A stretch of 64,000 nt of DNA from Octopus bimaculoides. Lineage: Eukaryota. The position numbers and the translations under genes are program-made. Below are positions 38,701 through 50,687 of this stretch, piece by piece (the stretch's first letter is position 1; each line of letters opens with the position of its first letter). Location of the stretch: contig NC_068984.1 of NCBI RefSeq assembly GCF_001194135.2, positions 21,209,590 through 21,273,589 on the forward strand. The letters run 5' to 3'. A model generated the notes under the pieces. The model ran no database searches. It saw only the letters and a list, made by a program, of their open reading frames with translations, and was not told the origin of the DNA.

Positions 38701-41700
38701 ATTACACCCTAATTTTAATTGAATCCAGAAAGATGAAAAGCCAAGTCAAACACATTGAACACTTAAAAGGCAGATGAATGTCACCTGCATTTTATAACCT
38801 GGCAAGAGTGCTTAGCAATAGGAAATTACTGAATGATACACACCCTCTAGAAGCCTTTGAAGGCTGCACCCAAAACAATGTGCAATATGAGCACGTGTTG
38901 CATTATGTTTTTCCTTCACCATCAAATACTAAATTCTCTAGAATAAATTTTTCCAGTGCTCTACCATGTCTATGAAACTATTGTTCCTTTAAAGAGAGAA
39001 AATATTCTTACTTGTAAATCTCTGCCTAAGATACCACAATGTGGTTTATTCTCATTAAACTCCTAACTCAGGAACGGCAATCACTATTCACTTAAATTTT
39101 AACAACCTGCCATCATCATTTTTTATCAAGTTTGCCACAATATAAAAACATTTCGTCACATCGTTATTGACTTATCCTCTGCACATCTTCTGAGATATTG
39201 ATGGAATTCCCTCACTAGGTAACCATTACTCTGAGATATTTACTCAAGCAGTTTTCACATTAATATTCAAAAAATTCTGGTATGTTTTGCAGGCAATTGA
39301 TTTATTGTACCATGAAGAATCATACTGAAAACATTTAAAGAGACTCTAATATGATTCGAAAATCCTAATAATAGTTTCTACCATGGGAGCAAAGTCTGAA
39401 ATTTTGTGGGGAAGGGTACAGTCACTTAAATTTACCACAGTCGTTGACTGGTCCTTATTTTATTGATTCTGAAAGATGAAAGGCAAGGTTGGCTTCAGCA
39501 GAATTTAAACTATGAATTAAAGATGCGGAACAAATGCTGCAAGATATTTTGTCAGACACTAACAATTCTGTTAAGCCACTGTCCTAATGAAGTCTCTAAC
39601 AATAATGATCTTTAGATCTCTAAATAATAAAGAACAGCAACCACACTGACACACTACTAGAAATAAGAAAAACCATCAACAACATGACAGCATTCCTTTC
39701 TTTATATGGTGCCGGAGGAAAGACTCAACTCTTACAAAAGGAACAATTCAGGAAGTCAGCAGAAGATCATGGAAATAATATTGAGTTATCAAAGGTTGAA
39801 TGATTCAAGTGGTTTAAGCATGGAGTTGTGCATAAAGCACCTACAGAAATCTGCAGTTGCTGGACCTCAGAAAGTCATAAGAAGTTGCAACATGAAGTAC
39901 AGCTTGTGACAACAATAAATAACTAGAGCAACATAGAGAGACAAACCAGCTTTTGAAACACATTTACCAAGTGTGTTTGTTGCTATGGTCCCATTACTTA
40001 TTTGTCTTTCTCTTTCTAATTATCAGAGACACCAATAAATAAAGTGATGTTTTTTTTTGTTTTTTTAACAAGTAAAGGAGACGCAATCTCTTATTTACTA
40101 AGTTTTCAAGAGAAGAACTACAGACATTACCAAACTAATGAGAACACCAGCTACAAACAGAGATTTAACAAGCAAAAGGGACAAAAGAAAGATCCAACAA
40201 ATACTTACCAAGTGATGGGGACACTAACCACAAAGAGAAAACATTCGCAGCTTCTGGGGGAAGTTTCTGTTCCTCTTGGACAATCCTGAATAGATCTTCA
40301 GTTTGTGCTTGTTGACCATTATTTACTTTCAATGGGATGACAGTCTGGTCTCTGAGGTAAATACAGAGCTCTAAAACATCTGAAACTAAATTTGATCATT
40401 GGATAAATATGGTAGAAAATATAGAAATTTTATTCTCTTAATAAAAGTTTTAATTACCCTCTTCCTTCAAAATCCTAGTTAGGGTGCCAGCCTACAGACT
40501 AAAAGATTAAAAGTTCATAGACTATCAACATTATTCTATAAAACGGACATTGAACCACAAAGGTTTCATCAGCTTTCAATACTGAACTCAATAATCCTTA
40601 ATGTCTAACTGGAAAAGAAATATATTCTAGCAGTGATATTATTATCTAGATCACATTAAAACTGGTGCCTTAATGGTTATTCCGACAGTTATGGTTGGAC
40701 CCTAATAAATTACTAATATTTTATTTTACTGACATGAATGAAGAGAAGTGAAAATTAACTTCTAGCATGACGAGTACCAGAAATAATTAACTCAAATATT
40801 AAACAGACTTAAGTTAGCTCCCTTGTTCCACTCACTACTTTATACTGCAGACGCAAGTTTACAACCTTTTGCAGGAAAGAATCATTAGACACCAGTACTT
40901 TCATCAGTATGTGGAGGCACATGGCCTAGTGGTTAGAGCAGCAGTCGAGGGATCGCGGGTTCGAATCTCAAACCGGGTGATGTGTGTGTTTATGAGCGAA
41001 ACACCTAAAGCCCCACGCAGCTCTGGCAGAAAGGTAAGGGTGAACTTCTGCTGACCCTTTCACCACAACTTTCTCTTGCTCTTTCCTTCTACATCTAGCA
41101 GCTGACCTGTGTCCCGTCCAGGTGGGGAACCTATATGCCAATAAAACCAGAAAACAGTCTCTTATGAGCCAGGCATGGCTCAAGAAGGAACAAACAACAA
41201 CAGTTTCTTTTGACAAACTGTTAAGTAATGGGGATGTAAACAAACCATCACTGGTTATCATGTGGTGGTAGTGGAGGGTAGGGAGATCACAAACACACAC
41301 AAACACATGACAGGATTCCACACAGTTTCTATTTATAAAATTCACTCACAAAGCATTGGTCAGCCTGAGGCTACAGAAGACACTTGCCTAAGGCGTCATG
41401 CAATCGAGTGGTTACAAAATGAGCTTCTTAACCACACAGCCCAGCCTGTACTTATGATGAGGTTTCAAAAATCATGCATTTTGTAAACAATAGCAGTCAT
41501 TCACTAGGTTTCCAATGAGTCAATCAACTGGTTAGTAACATTTACGATGTCAAGCATGACAAGGGAGTGTCTGTGGAATTTGAGCGACACAAAAATAATA
41601 CAAGGTATTTTTATTTAACTCGGTGGTTTATTGGTGCTTTTATTATTTTTTTTGTTGATGTACAGATTGGTAAAAGATGCACACAAGTATTGATGACAGG

Positions 41701-43703
41701 TATTAATAGCACATCCATTAAACAATAACAATTTATAACAGCAGCATGTAACCTCAAATATTATTAATTGTAGGTGAGAAGTAATGTTTTTAATATTAGT
41801 CCCTGATAGTCCAATTGGCTTTTTGATTTATCAACTCTCTCCACACACACACACACACAAAGGGATGAAAAGCAAAGTTGATATTGGCAGGAATTGAACT
41901 CAAAACGTAAAGTGAAGTAACCAAATACCATAAAGAATTGTGTCCACCACTCTACTACTTCTGCCATCCACTCAGTAATAGTTTTTTTGACTATAGGCAC
42001 ATGTCCTGAAGTTTTGAGGAGAAGGGGAAATTGATTACATCAACCTCAGTACTTGTCTGGTACTTAATTTATCAATCCCAAAAGGATGGAAGACAAAGTT
42101 AACTTTGGCAGAATATGAATTTAGGATGTAATGAGCCAGAAGAAATGCCACCAAGTAATTACATGACTGGTACCTATTCTATCAACTTCAAAAGCATGAA
42201 AGGCTAAGTTGACCATGACAGGATTTGAACTCAGGCTGTACAGAGCCAGAACAAATATTACAAAGCAGTTTTTCTGAGGCTCTGATTCTACCAGTTCCTC
42301 TCTCTCTTCCAGGGCCATATCTACAGGCATTAGCAATCATGGACCTAATCAAAGATGGAAGATTCATGATTTTTCTTGGGAAAGACCAGGCAATAATTTC
42401 TTACTGTCTTTCGTTCATTTATTTACTGTTTACTCAGCTGGTCTTCTGCTCTCCTGAACCTAGATGGGGGATTGGTTGACATGGCATCAGTGCATGCCCA
42501 CACATCAGCAAGTCTGTGTGACATGTTTAGGACCAGCCCTCCTCTAAATCCTGTATACTTTAGCCACATAACAAACATCTACTTCTTGACCATGTCATGC
42601 TATGCCAAAGTGGAAGCTGGGAGTAAGGTGACTAAGGACTAACTCCATTTCCCCATCACAAACTTCTGAACCCATGAGCTGGAGCTTCACCATCATCATC
42701 ATTTAACGTCTTCCTTCCATGCTAGCATGGGTGGGACGGTTTCACAAGAGCCGTCCAAGTCAGAAGCCTACACCAGACCTCTGTAACTGTTTAGGCAGGA
42801 TTTTTACAGCTGGATGCCCTTCTAACACCAACCACTTAGCAGAATGGACTTAGTGCTTTTAACGTGGCACAAGCACAGGCAAGGTCAGTAGTGCTTTTTA
42901 TGTGGCCCAAGTACAGACAAGGTCAGTTTTGGCAAGGTTTTTACAGTTGGATGCCCTTCCGAACACCAACCACCATTAGATGCAATTTACCCAATACCCA
43001 ATATACTGACAATAGTAACAACAATGATCAGCTTATAATGTTGCATAAAACTGACAGCAAACCAAAGGTCAATATCCATAATAATATCTTGGGCCACGAT
43101 CCTTGTACTCTTGAATTTCATGCACTGCAGCACCAGCCTGTAATCATAAATGTACTGTGCCAGCTCTGTTGGTCTCCTTTTCAGATTCTCAATCTTAAAA
43201 ACCAATTGCACACTCACATTTGCTCTGACATAGTTAATGGAACAGACATCCTGTTACACATCAACCAAGGTACTTTCCTACTCCTCTTTTTAATGCATAT
43301 GGAAAAGTTCTCAGATGTTTAAAAACCAGAAGTAAGTCACCTTCCTCTTTCCTGCATAAATTCTATCGATAAGGAGATATGCTCTTTTGTGACATACCAT
43401 TTCAATGCTATTTTGCCTTTTCATGTATTTAATTGCTCTCTAGCATTTCCTTTTGGCTTGCAATGATAGCAAAAGAGGAGTTGTTGTTGATGTTGTTGTT
43501 GGTGGTGGTTGTGGTAAGGCTTTTGTTATTATTTGAGCTAGTGTTTTTACTAGTTTCTTTTGTATTTGTCAAAATATAACTGTGTTTATAATTGTGTGTC
43601 AGTTATTTTTTTTTCATTTTAATTTGAATTAAAACCATAAAGACAAATGAAATGCCACTAACCATTTTGTCTGGCGTGCTAACAATTCTGCCAGCTTGCT
43701 GCC

Positions 43704-43734
<31 letters not shown>

Positions 43735-44731
43735 GTGTTAACTGGAATGACTCGTGTACTGAGAAGAGCATTATCGCTGTGAAAACAACATCCATTCATG
43801 AATTTATTTATTTATTAATTTTTTTAAATACATATTTTACCTGTGAATTTGCATGTGTAATCTGGGAATGCATACAATGAGCTTCTCTGCCCTAGGTGTA
43901 CGGAAAACACTCAGCAAGAAATGGAAGAAAATTTGAAGAAAGAAAAAAAAAAATAATAATAATAATAACCTTTTCTGTTATAAGCACAAGACCTGAAAAA
44001 TGTTTATAGGGGGGTGGTGGGGTAAGTCAATCACATTAACACCAGGACTCAACTGGTACTTATTTAATTAACTAAGAAAGATGAAAGGCAAAGTCAACCA
44101 TAGCAGAATTTGAACGCAGAACGTAAAGGTGGAAGAAGAAATGCTGCTAAGCAGTTTGACCAGTGTGCTAACAAATCTGCCAGCTTTCCATCTTAGTAAA
44201 AGTAATAATAAATAAATAAATAAATTATTAAAAAAACTATATAAATTAGTTAATAAATAAATAAATAAAAATAATGATATACTACTATAGCCTTGGGCCA
44301 ACCAAAGCCTTGTGAGTGGATTTGATAGGAAGAAACTAAAAGAAGCCCATTGTATGTATGTATGCTTGTATGTATGTATTCTTGTATGTATGTATGATTG
44401 TATGTATGTATGATTGTATGTATTTGTGTCTGCATTTGTTCCCCACCCCCACATCCATTGACAACTGGTGTTGGTGTGTTTATGTCCCCACAACTTAGCA
44501 GTTTGACAAAAGAGACCGATAGAATAAGTACTAGGGTTACAAAGAATAAGTCCTGGGATCGATTTGTTCAACTAAAGGCGGTGCTCCAACATGGCCACTG
44601 TTAAATGACTGGAACAAATAAAAGAATAGGTTTTATGGTAAGAATGTCCTACTCACCTTTTGGCCCACTGGATGCTTGTAATGGCCCTCCTAAGATTGCC
44701 ATTCCACTGGTGGAAGTATCTGATATGCAAG
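19929..44731 (-). CDS. FRMD8: FERM domain-containing protein 8 (iTAP/Bili) orthologue; spliced CDS of 11 coding exons, 5'-most exon not located
   Basis: The exons join in frame through GT-AG introns (1250 nt, or 1259 nt with the upstream exon-3 acceptor). Motifs match recalled FRMD8: FSLWLVSPSLELRLKKNHRP (human [20 protein letters not shown]), LQRNVFY (FRRNVFF), LLYHEAQYNVLEGRY (LLYEEAKGNVLAARY), WNTPFYGSAYF (HELPFYGCAFF), LLEINSRQAKLMNALID (LLKIYSKQAELMSSLIE). Confidence 0.93.
26747..27054 (+). mobile_element. SINE family B, young copy
   Basis: Near-consensus sequence, CpGs retained, (GAT)n tail. Confidence 0.9.
27249..27311 (-). CDS. FRMD8: FRMD8 exon, 63 nt, phase 1-1: (S)TFNKSLNKLKRLSLDTYTVA
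   Basis: tttctgttttcag acceptor and CAG|gtaaga donor, with an open frame. Confidence 0.85.
28017..28130 (-). mobile_element. SINE family B, 3' fragment
   Basis: 89/91 identical to the reverse complement of 26936-27026. Confidence 0.9.
28254..28374 (-). CDS. FRMD8: FRMD8 exon, 121 nt: AKLMNALIDSMVKRKRQQQHVHRPRRYSEQSYDSVDGAIS
   Basis: ttttcag acceptor, CAA|gtaaga donor, phase 0-1. Confidence 0.92.
29597..29746 (-). CDS. FRMD8: FRMD8 exon, 150 nt: FVDLAVPFTEMSWHFHDD...LLEINSRQ
   Basis: ttactag acceptor, CAG|gttggt donor, phase 0-0. Confidence 0.93.
30922..31051 (-). CDS. FRMD8: FRMD8 exon, 130 nt (F3 lobe): (G)SAYFSAVVDRPTSKLQMVFGVHSMHVWVCINTEGVCIIEKDKD
   Basis: ttttttcctattgaag acceptor, GAT|gtaaga donor, phase 2-0. 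Confidence 0.94.
31614..31994 (-). mobile_element. SINE family C, full length. Others at about 18375-18600(+), 22150-22350(-), 24170-24390(-), 26290-26440(-), 41290-41450(-), 44284-44628(+), 46960-47070(-)
   Basis: Reverse complement is colinear with 55457-55865. Confidence 0.85.
32400..32600 (+). mobile_element. LINE RT C-terminal remnant
   Basis: ISSGSGCSENV..KFKEL..LLATK..RLFDDCV, frameshifted. Confidence 0.6.
33286..33489 (-). CDS. FRMD8: FRMD8 exon, 204 nt: (R)HNLERFYPEFLCKRRW...LLWNTPFY
   Basis: tgttttag acceptor, TGG|gtaagt donor, phase 2-2. Overlaps the ORF at 33282-33533. Confidence 0.94.
33893..34305 (+). mobile_element. SINE family B copy
   Basis: Colinear with the other copies, with several internal GGTGGCACGT units. 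Confidence 0.88.
35090..35256 (-). CDS. FRMD8: FRMD8 exon, 167 nt (F2 lobe): LNDETTLSLLYHEAQYNVLEGRY...LTQNQ
   Basis: tttgtatag acceptor, AAG|gttggt donor, phase 0-2. Overlaps the ORF at 35038-35238. Confidence 0.94.
35740..35950 (+). mobile_element. SINE family A variant. Further diverged copies at about 5950-6125(-), 10070-10250(-), 30215-30360(-), 35340-35525(-), 39380-39580(-), 43975-44190(-), 47575-47760(+), 52135-52330(+)
   Basis: Same head and central GTCGACTTTGCCTTTCATCC module, with a different 3' part. Confidence 0.8.
36034..36093. repeat. Perfect 15-bp tandem repeat x4 (gacaacccaatagag)
   Basis: Directly visible. Confidence 0.97.
37158..37216 (-). CDS. FRMD8: FRMD8 exon, 59 nt: (D)TPLLMLQRNVFYSKEEEMK
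   Basis: ttccag acceptor, AAA|gtaagt donor, phase 1-0. Confidence 0.93.
37485..37816 (+). mobile_element. SINE family B copy. Others at about 28851-29025(-), 30370-30500(-), 42691-42975(-), 49857-50013(-), 50036-50200(-), 53286-53570(-), 54031-54370(-), 60265-60405(+)
   Basis: Shared tail and central motifs. Confidence 0.88.
38237..38338 (-). CDS. FRMD8: FRMD8 exon, 102 nt: (E)LRLKKNHRPYYLVQQWQELCKLYTDQKAEYKLR
   Basis: cctag acceptor, GAG|gtgagc donor, phase 1-1. Confidence 0.93.
40209..40379 (-). CDS. FRMD8: FRMD8 exon, FERM F1 start: (D)VLELCIYLRDQTVIPLKV...FSLWLVSPSL; alternative acceptor at 40370
   Basis: Acceptors tttcag|ATGTTTTAG|AGCTC and donor CTTG|gtaagt, with an open frame. Confidence 0.92.
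40908..41215 (+). mobile_element. tRNA-derived SINE family D with an (AAC)n tail
   Basis: A box TGGCCTAGTGG, B box GGTTCGAATC, non-tRNA body, tail GGAACAAACAACAAC. Confidence 0.75.
41840..42295 (-). mobile_element. Cluster of three same-orientation diverged family A SINEs
   Basis: The GAATTTGAACTC/GATGAAAGGCAAAGT module recurs three times. Confidence 0.7.
44657..44731 (-). CDS. FRMD8: FRMD8 exon, 75 nt, phase 1-1: CISDTSTSGMAILGGPLQASSGPK; candidate start ATG at 44702-44700
   Basis: Strong acceptor ctttcttttcttttctttttccag and donor AAG|gtgagt. The phase matches the next exon. The ATG sits in a GGAATGG context. Confidence 0.8.
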
Positions 44732-46154
44732 CTGGAAAAAGAAAAGAAAAGAAAGGAGATAAAAGTGTTGCTGTTTTTATTGTTGTTAAACATAGGGAGA
44801 CCTATGATCAAAAACAAAGGATGAAGTGCTTATGATGGACTACAAAATCATGAGACAACAGACAGAGAGACTGAGGCAATGTAGGTATCAAATTCAGGTG
44901 ATTTGATACACCTGTTTGAGGTGCAAATAGAATTAACCTTTTAGTGTTCAGATTACTCTGTTAAATGTAATACTTTTTCACTCAAATTGTTTTGAATTAA
45001 TCATGCATTATCTTATAGCTTTGAGGTTTCAATGATGTGATTGTTTATTTTTAGAATGTCAATGTAGGTGTGAGAGGCTAGATATCGCCAGTTTAAATAT
45101 AAAACATGTAGAATATCTGGGCCTGATATGGCCGGTTTAAAGTACATAGAATTCTGTGTATAACCAGAAAATAAAATACAATGATTAAAATCCCTTGTAG
45201 TGGATTTGAACTTGTGACTTTTGAGATGAAAATAATGTGCTACATCTACTCAGCTACTTTGATTCTATGTGACCTATTAATTGGATATTTTATCTGTTAC
45301 TTTGTCAGGTCATACTTGAGGATTTCTGTCTTGGCTAGTACACTCTGTATGCATGTGTGCTTGTGCCCAGTTGCATCAGCCAGAAATATGTGCCTGTGCC
45401 TGAAATTTCAGGTTACATGGTCTGCTTCTATTGGACTATGAGTATACAGAGGTTGTCTACCAAGTATTTGTACATGGACCAGATAGAGTTAAAGCGGTGG
45501 TTTTGGAGTATTAGTAGCTAACGATTTGAAATTAACTGGTAGGGTGTTTCTTTGATGGAACCAAAACAACAGATCAGCTTCCCTGCTGATGCATGCAGAT
45601 TGTTGCAACATATGCAGCTTTTCACAGAGGCAAAGTTAGCAATTATGAGCTTCAGGTAAAGTGAGGTAGAAGGAGCCATGTCAAGGATGCTCCATGTGAT
45701 TCTAGGGAAGTGGTTTCTTTGGTCCCAGAGTTTCCAGATGAAGCAAGATAGGGAGGTTGAGTTTTTCCATGCACATTAAGTAATATATATGTTGTGTGAA
45801 CATTCCCTTGAAATCATTAGCTATTAAACATGCATAGTTTCTAAGGATACAATCAGGTGATGTGATGGGTATCTATAAACCACAGCCTTTGAGGCTTGAG
45901 CAGTTGCATGTAGGGGAATTAGGTGTGGTCAGCAAAGGTACATACTCATTTTAAACAGATAATGGAGTAAGGAACAGAACTTCAGCCACACAAATTGTTT
46001 AAAGACACATGACATTGGCGTAGTAAGGTTTTAAACCATGTACTTCTATACTAAATGCACATTGTAGGAGAATATAGCCAATCCTTTTCTCTTTAAATAA
46101 TATGTAATAGGAATGAATTACTTCAGATACATTTTTCTAGCCCTGACTACCCTC

Positions 46155-46315
46155 AATCATCTTGAAACAATTCCATTAGTTTTCTAACTTAACCATCCTT
46201 AAGAATCTTGGAATCATTCAAAGTTTTCTAACTTGGCTATACTTAACCATCTTGGAACCATTCCACTAATTTCATAACCTGGCCATCCATAACCATCTCA
46301 GAACCATTTTACTAT
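46155..46315. repeat. Degenerate minisatellite of about 45 bp, about 3.5 copies
   Basis: aa(c/t)catctt(g)gaa(a/c)cattcc units start at 46155, 46201, 46245 and 46291. Confidence 0.75.
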
Positions 46316-47779
46316 TTTTCTAGTGAGAGATATTGGCTGAATTACAGAGAAACAGGATAAATGACAACATGGATGTCATTTATGAGTGAGCCTTAAAACA
46401 AAAATGAATTAAATCTAACATCACAATGTCCAAGAATAACATTAACAAACCAAGTAGATAGACATATTCCTAGTAAATATTTTGTCTTCCTGGTCTCTTT
46501 TTAGAAATTCTTTTTAGTACAGAGAGAGAGAAGTACCCATATCCTTTTTTAGGGTCTATAAATCTGCTGTGAGTGAAGGATGATTTTCTCAAACCAAAGA
46601 CTTGGCTTGAATCTGGCTTGCCAACAGATAGGTTCTGCTAAAAGCATCCAAAAACCGGTTGATGGTGTTAAACAGAGCAACAGATTTAGTTCCCCCTACC
46701 CACCACAAGCAGGCTTTGGTAGGATATGAACTCAGAACACAAAGAGGTGAAACAAATAAACAAATCATGATTTGTTATAAACAAACCCTACATGTTACAA
46801 AGTTTCAGTCATTAGAATCCCTTTCAAGGGTTTTAGTTTATCATATTCACCCCCAAGTACTTATTTTGCTCTGGTATTGAAATATATCTTATTTCACTGA
46901 TATCTGTTTATTGACATAAAGAGACACAGCTTGACACCAGTCTACACCAACACACTACACATAAGAACTTTCTACACAGTATTTGTCAACTAAATTCCAC
47001 TCAGTGCATCTGCAGTAAAAATCACTTGCCCAAGGTGCCATGCAATAGCACCAACCTTAACCACACGGCAATATCTGCACAATTATGCAACCAAATATGA
47101 ACAGCGTACAAGCAATGCTATACAACAAAATTCATCGACCATGACCTACAATACAAACAATAAAAATAACACTTGTTGACCCAGGTTTTATGAACAGTGA
47201 TGTAGTATGAAGAATTTATATTATAGTATGAAGCATTTTTACTTTAAAAAGTATGTGAGTGAGAAGTAGTATCTTCTCAACAGATTAATTCCCAATAAAA
47301 AAGAAAGAAAGAATGGTCTGTTTATGCAGCTCACATCCATCAAAATACACAACTACTACTACTATAGAATGATGAATCAAAGAACAATATACATAGAAGT
47401 AAATGTTAATAGACAATTTAATTTGAGTAACATACCCACTGACATCTATGAACCTGTTGCTCTTTTTCATATCAAAGTGAGGCTTATGTTTACAGGAAAA
47501 AATCATAGCATGAGCTCCAAATATCAAGAAGTGTTAGACATATACAATTAATGTGTATTATATATCCAACACAAAGGCTGTGAGCTGGCAGAATTACTAG
47601 AGCTTTGGAAAAAAATGCTTTGTGGTATATCTTCTGGTTCGTTATGTTCTGAGTTCAAATCCCTCTGAGCTCAACATGCATTTTATCCTTTCAGAGTAGT
47701 CATCAAGTACTGGAGTTAATGGTATCAACAAATACCATACCCCTAATTTCTAGCTTTGTACCTTCCTCCTCTTCCCCTT

Positions 47780-47900
47780 TTCTATCCCTTGACTGCATGG
47801 TCCTTGGGGCATCCGTTGATGATATCGCTACCAGACTTCATTCAGTCTTCTGTGAGTCAGCAAAATTGAGGCCTGCCCAGTCTTTGATGTTAACCTGAGC
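47780..47900 (-). mobile_element. RTE-like LINE 3' remnant
   Basis: Reads approximately IKDWAGLNFADSQKTE, similar to the RTE terminal WxDNIKEWTGL motif. Confidence 0.45.
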
Positions 47901-48031
47901 AACAACTGATCCAGTAGGGGTTCTGGTCTGGTTGTTACCATCATGAATTTATTGGCAAGTTAGCTTGGTAGTGCTCATTCCTCCCCAGGTTGTTAGCCAC
48001 AACTGTACGTTTCTACCAAAGACATGCCAAG

Positions 48032-48283
48032 GCCCCAAACACTTAGCCATTGACCCAAACAGGTTCCTCTGCCCTGGCCAGTCACTCTTTGGGAAGACTT
48101 ACTTGAAGTCTTTCACCTACTGGTGCAGTTTAACACCGCTTCATCACTTGGGTTAGCCCCAAACACTTAGCCATTGACTTAAGCAGGTTTCTCTGCCCTG
48201 GCCAGTCACTCTTTGGGAAGACTTACTTGAAGATTTTCACCTACAGGTGCAGTGTTAACACTGCCTCATCACTTGGATTAGCC
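48032..48283. repeat. Tandem duplication with a period of about 124 bp (two copies)
   Basis: gccccaaacacttagccattgac... starts at 48032 and again at 48156. Confidence 0.93.
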
Positions 48284-48619
48284 TAACAGCAAAAGTGGGG
48301 TACTGGCGTGTGGTTCTAGGAAACATCAAGTGAGAAATTAGGAGTTGAATGAGGACCAGTGATGCCTGTCCACCTGACCATCCCTGGCAAGGTGCAGCAG
48401 TCAGATAACAAACGCGCTATCTCTATTCAGAATCCCCTACACCCTTGTGCCTAAGAAACAATTATATATCTAACACAAACTTGCATCACAAGATACACAC
48501 AAAATCTATAGAATTTTTTTCTTTTTTATGCCAACACCTAAATTGAAAAACTTTGAAAATGTATGGAAATGAATAATAATCAAGAAAGAATATATAGTGA
48601 AAATAAAATAAAAGAACCT

Positions 48620-49160
48620 GCTGCAGCAGGATTTGAACTCTGAATGCAAAGAACTTCAACAAAGACAGCAAAGGTATTTAACCAATGCTCTTAGCAATTC
48701 AGTCAATCCACTGCCATTTTAAATAATTAGTTTCTAATTAAGGGACAAGGCCAGAAATTTAAGCATTTTGTCCAGAATGCTAATAACCCTTTCTACTATA
48801 GGCACAAGACCTGACATTTTAGGGGACGGGGGCCACTCAATTACATTGATCCCCGTATTCAATTAGTACTTATTTTATCGACCCAAAAGACTGAAAGGCA
48901 AAGTTGACCTCAGAATGTAAAGACAAATGAAATGCTGCTAAGCATTTTGTCCTGTGTGTTAATAGTAACAATAATAATAATCCTTTTTAATATAAGCACA
49001 AGGCCTGAAATTTGGGGAAGAGGGATAGTCGATTACATCGACTCTGGTGCTCAATTGCTACTTATTTTATAGACCCCGGAAGGATGAAAGGTAAAGTCAA
49101 CCTTGGCAGAGGCGAAATTCCACAATGCAGTTTGCACGGTGTGCTAACGATTCAGCCAAA
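48620..49160 (-). mobile_element. Cluster of same-orientation diverged family A SINEs
   Basis: The same module recurs, separated by AAT-rich spacers. Confidence 0.7.
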
Positions 49161-49622
49161 ATTACATCATAAGTATCAATTAGTAAAATAAATTTTAAAA
49201 TGTATAAGTAAACTGATCCACATAAAACATGTTATTTTTTGTAATCTATTGGAGAAGATTACCTATGATTTCCACACAAATGTCAATTATTTCTAGAGCA
49301 AATTATCTTTGATTATAAAAAAAAAAAAACATACACAAAAACACCCCAAAAACAATGATATAAATAAAACATGACATTTGAGCACAAAAAAACAAAAACA
49401 AAGATTTAAAAATAAATAATTCTCTCAATATTATCTAACAGTAACTAATAAGATGGTAAAAATGACTCAGAAATATCTATAAAGAAAAAGAATGAATCAG
49501 AAACTTATTTTAGTATAACAGGAACTAGTTGTCATAGGTGTTTATGCTGTTACTATTAGTCATGTAAAATTATATTCCTTCCTCTCAACCACCCACCCAC
49601 CCAGGTAATTTGGAAACATGTT

Positions 49623-49825
49623 TTATTACCTCTGCCTTAACGAAGGTGGGGGCATTGTTTTCAGACGTATTTGATTGTTTATTTGTCCGTGGACAAGATA
49701 TCTCAAGACCTGCTGGATGGATTCAGATGAAATTTTTAGGGATGTTTGGCCTCGTGACTGGAACAAACTGATTAGATTCTGGGATTGATCCAGTACTTGA
49801 CAAAGATTCTAGATTATTTTTCCTG
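49623..49825 (+). mobile_element. Helentron-associated (HINE-like) non-autonomous element
   Basis: ttattacctctgcctt..gaagg start and tggattcagatgaaatttt core resemble recalled HINE/DINE-type elements. Confidence 0.45.
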
Positions 49826-50616
49826 CATGTATATATATATATATATATATATATCTATCATCATCATCATCATCGTTTAACGTCCGCTTTCCATGCTAGC
49901 ATGGGTTGGACGATTTGACTGAGGACTGGTGAAACCGGATGGCAACACCAGGCTCCAGTCTGATTTGGCAGAGTTTCTACAGCTGGATGCCCTTCCTAAC
50001 GCCAACCACTCAGCGGGTGTTAAATGATGATGATCATTATCATCATTTAATATCTGCTTTCCATGCTAGAATGGATTGAGTGATTTGACAGGATCCAATG
50101 AGCTGGAGAACTGTGTTGAACTCCAATGTCTGCTTTGGCATGGTTTCTGCTACTGGATGCCCTCTCTAACAGCAACGACTATAAAATTTACTGGGGACAT
50201 TTTTTTTTGTGACACTAGCATTAGAGAGATCTCCACAGAAGCTTCTTACATTATATAGGAGTGAGTGGGAGTAGATAAAGACGTTGGTGGTTAGGTGTAA
50301 GAGCATATTCTCCAGGTACATGAAGGTGAGTGTGAAAGAAAATATGGACTAAAGCTCAGGAGTGGGGATGGACAAGTTCATAACGGTGTAAGTAGAGAGT
50401 GACAGGCGGTTAGAGATGGTGGCGGGTAAAGGTTAATATAGTGAATGATGTACCAGGGTAGCAGTGTGGTCAATGGCAAATGTCAGTAGGGGGGGGGGTG
50501 AAGTGGAAGAAATCTCTCAAAGTCAGGGTGAATATAGGAAGAGCAGAGAGCAGCAGTATAATAAACCTAGATAGATAAAAAGATAGTTGCTTAAGAAAAT
50601 AGTTGCAGCAGGAGAG

Positions 50617-50685
<69 letters not shown>
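50617..50685. repeat. (GATA)n(GA)n microsatellite
   Basis: Directly visible. Confidence 0.95.

Positions 50686-50687
<2 letters not shown>

Noticed and set aside
40908-40975. tRNA gene
   Set aside because: A and B boxes are present, but there is no complete cloverleaf and the sequence continues into a SINE body and tail. The same applies to the tRNA-like heads at about 14665-14740, 45190-45260 and 55457.
42987-43217. ORF MSVQLVFKIENLKRRP... as an FRMD8 exon or separate gene
   Set aside because: There is no recognisable homology or phase-compatible splice pair, and the exons at 44657 and 40379 already join in frame.
19929-44731. KRIT1/CCM1 or another FERM protein as the gene identity
   Set aside because: No ankyrin-repeat or NPxY exons were seen, the FERM domain starts near the N-terminus, and the F3 motif matches FRMD8 much better.
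27249-44731. U12-type (minor) introns
   Set aside because: All donors are GTRAG or GTTGGT, and none matches GTATCCTT or ATATCCTT.
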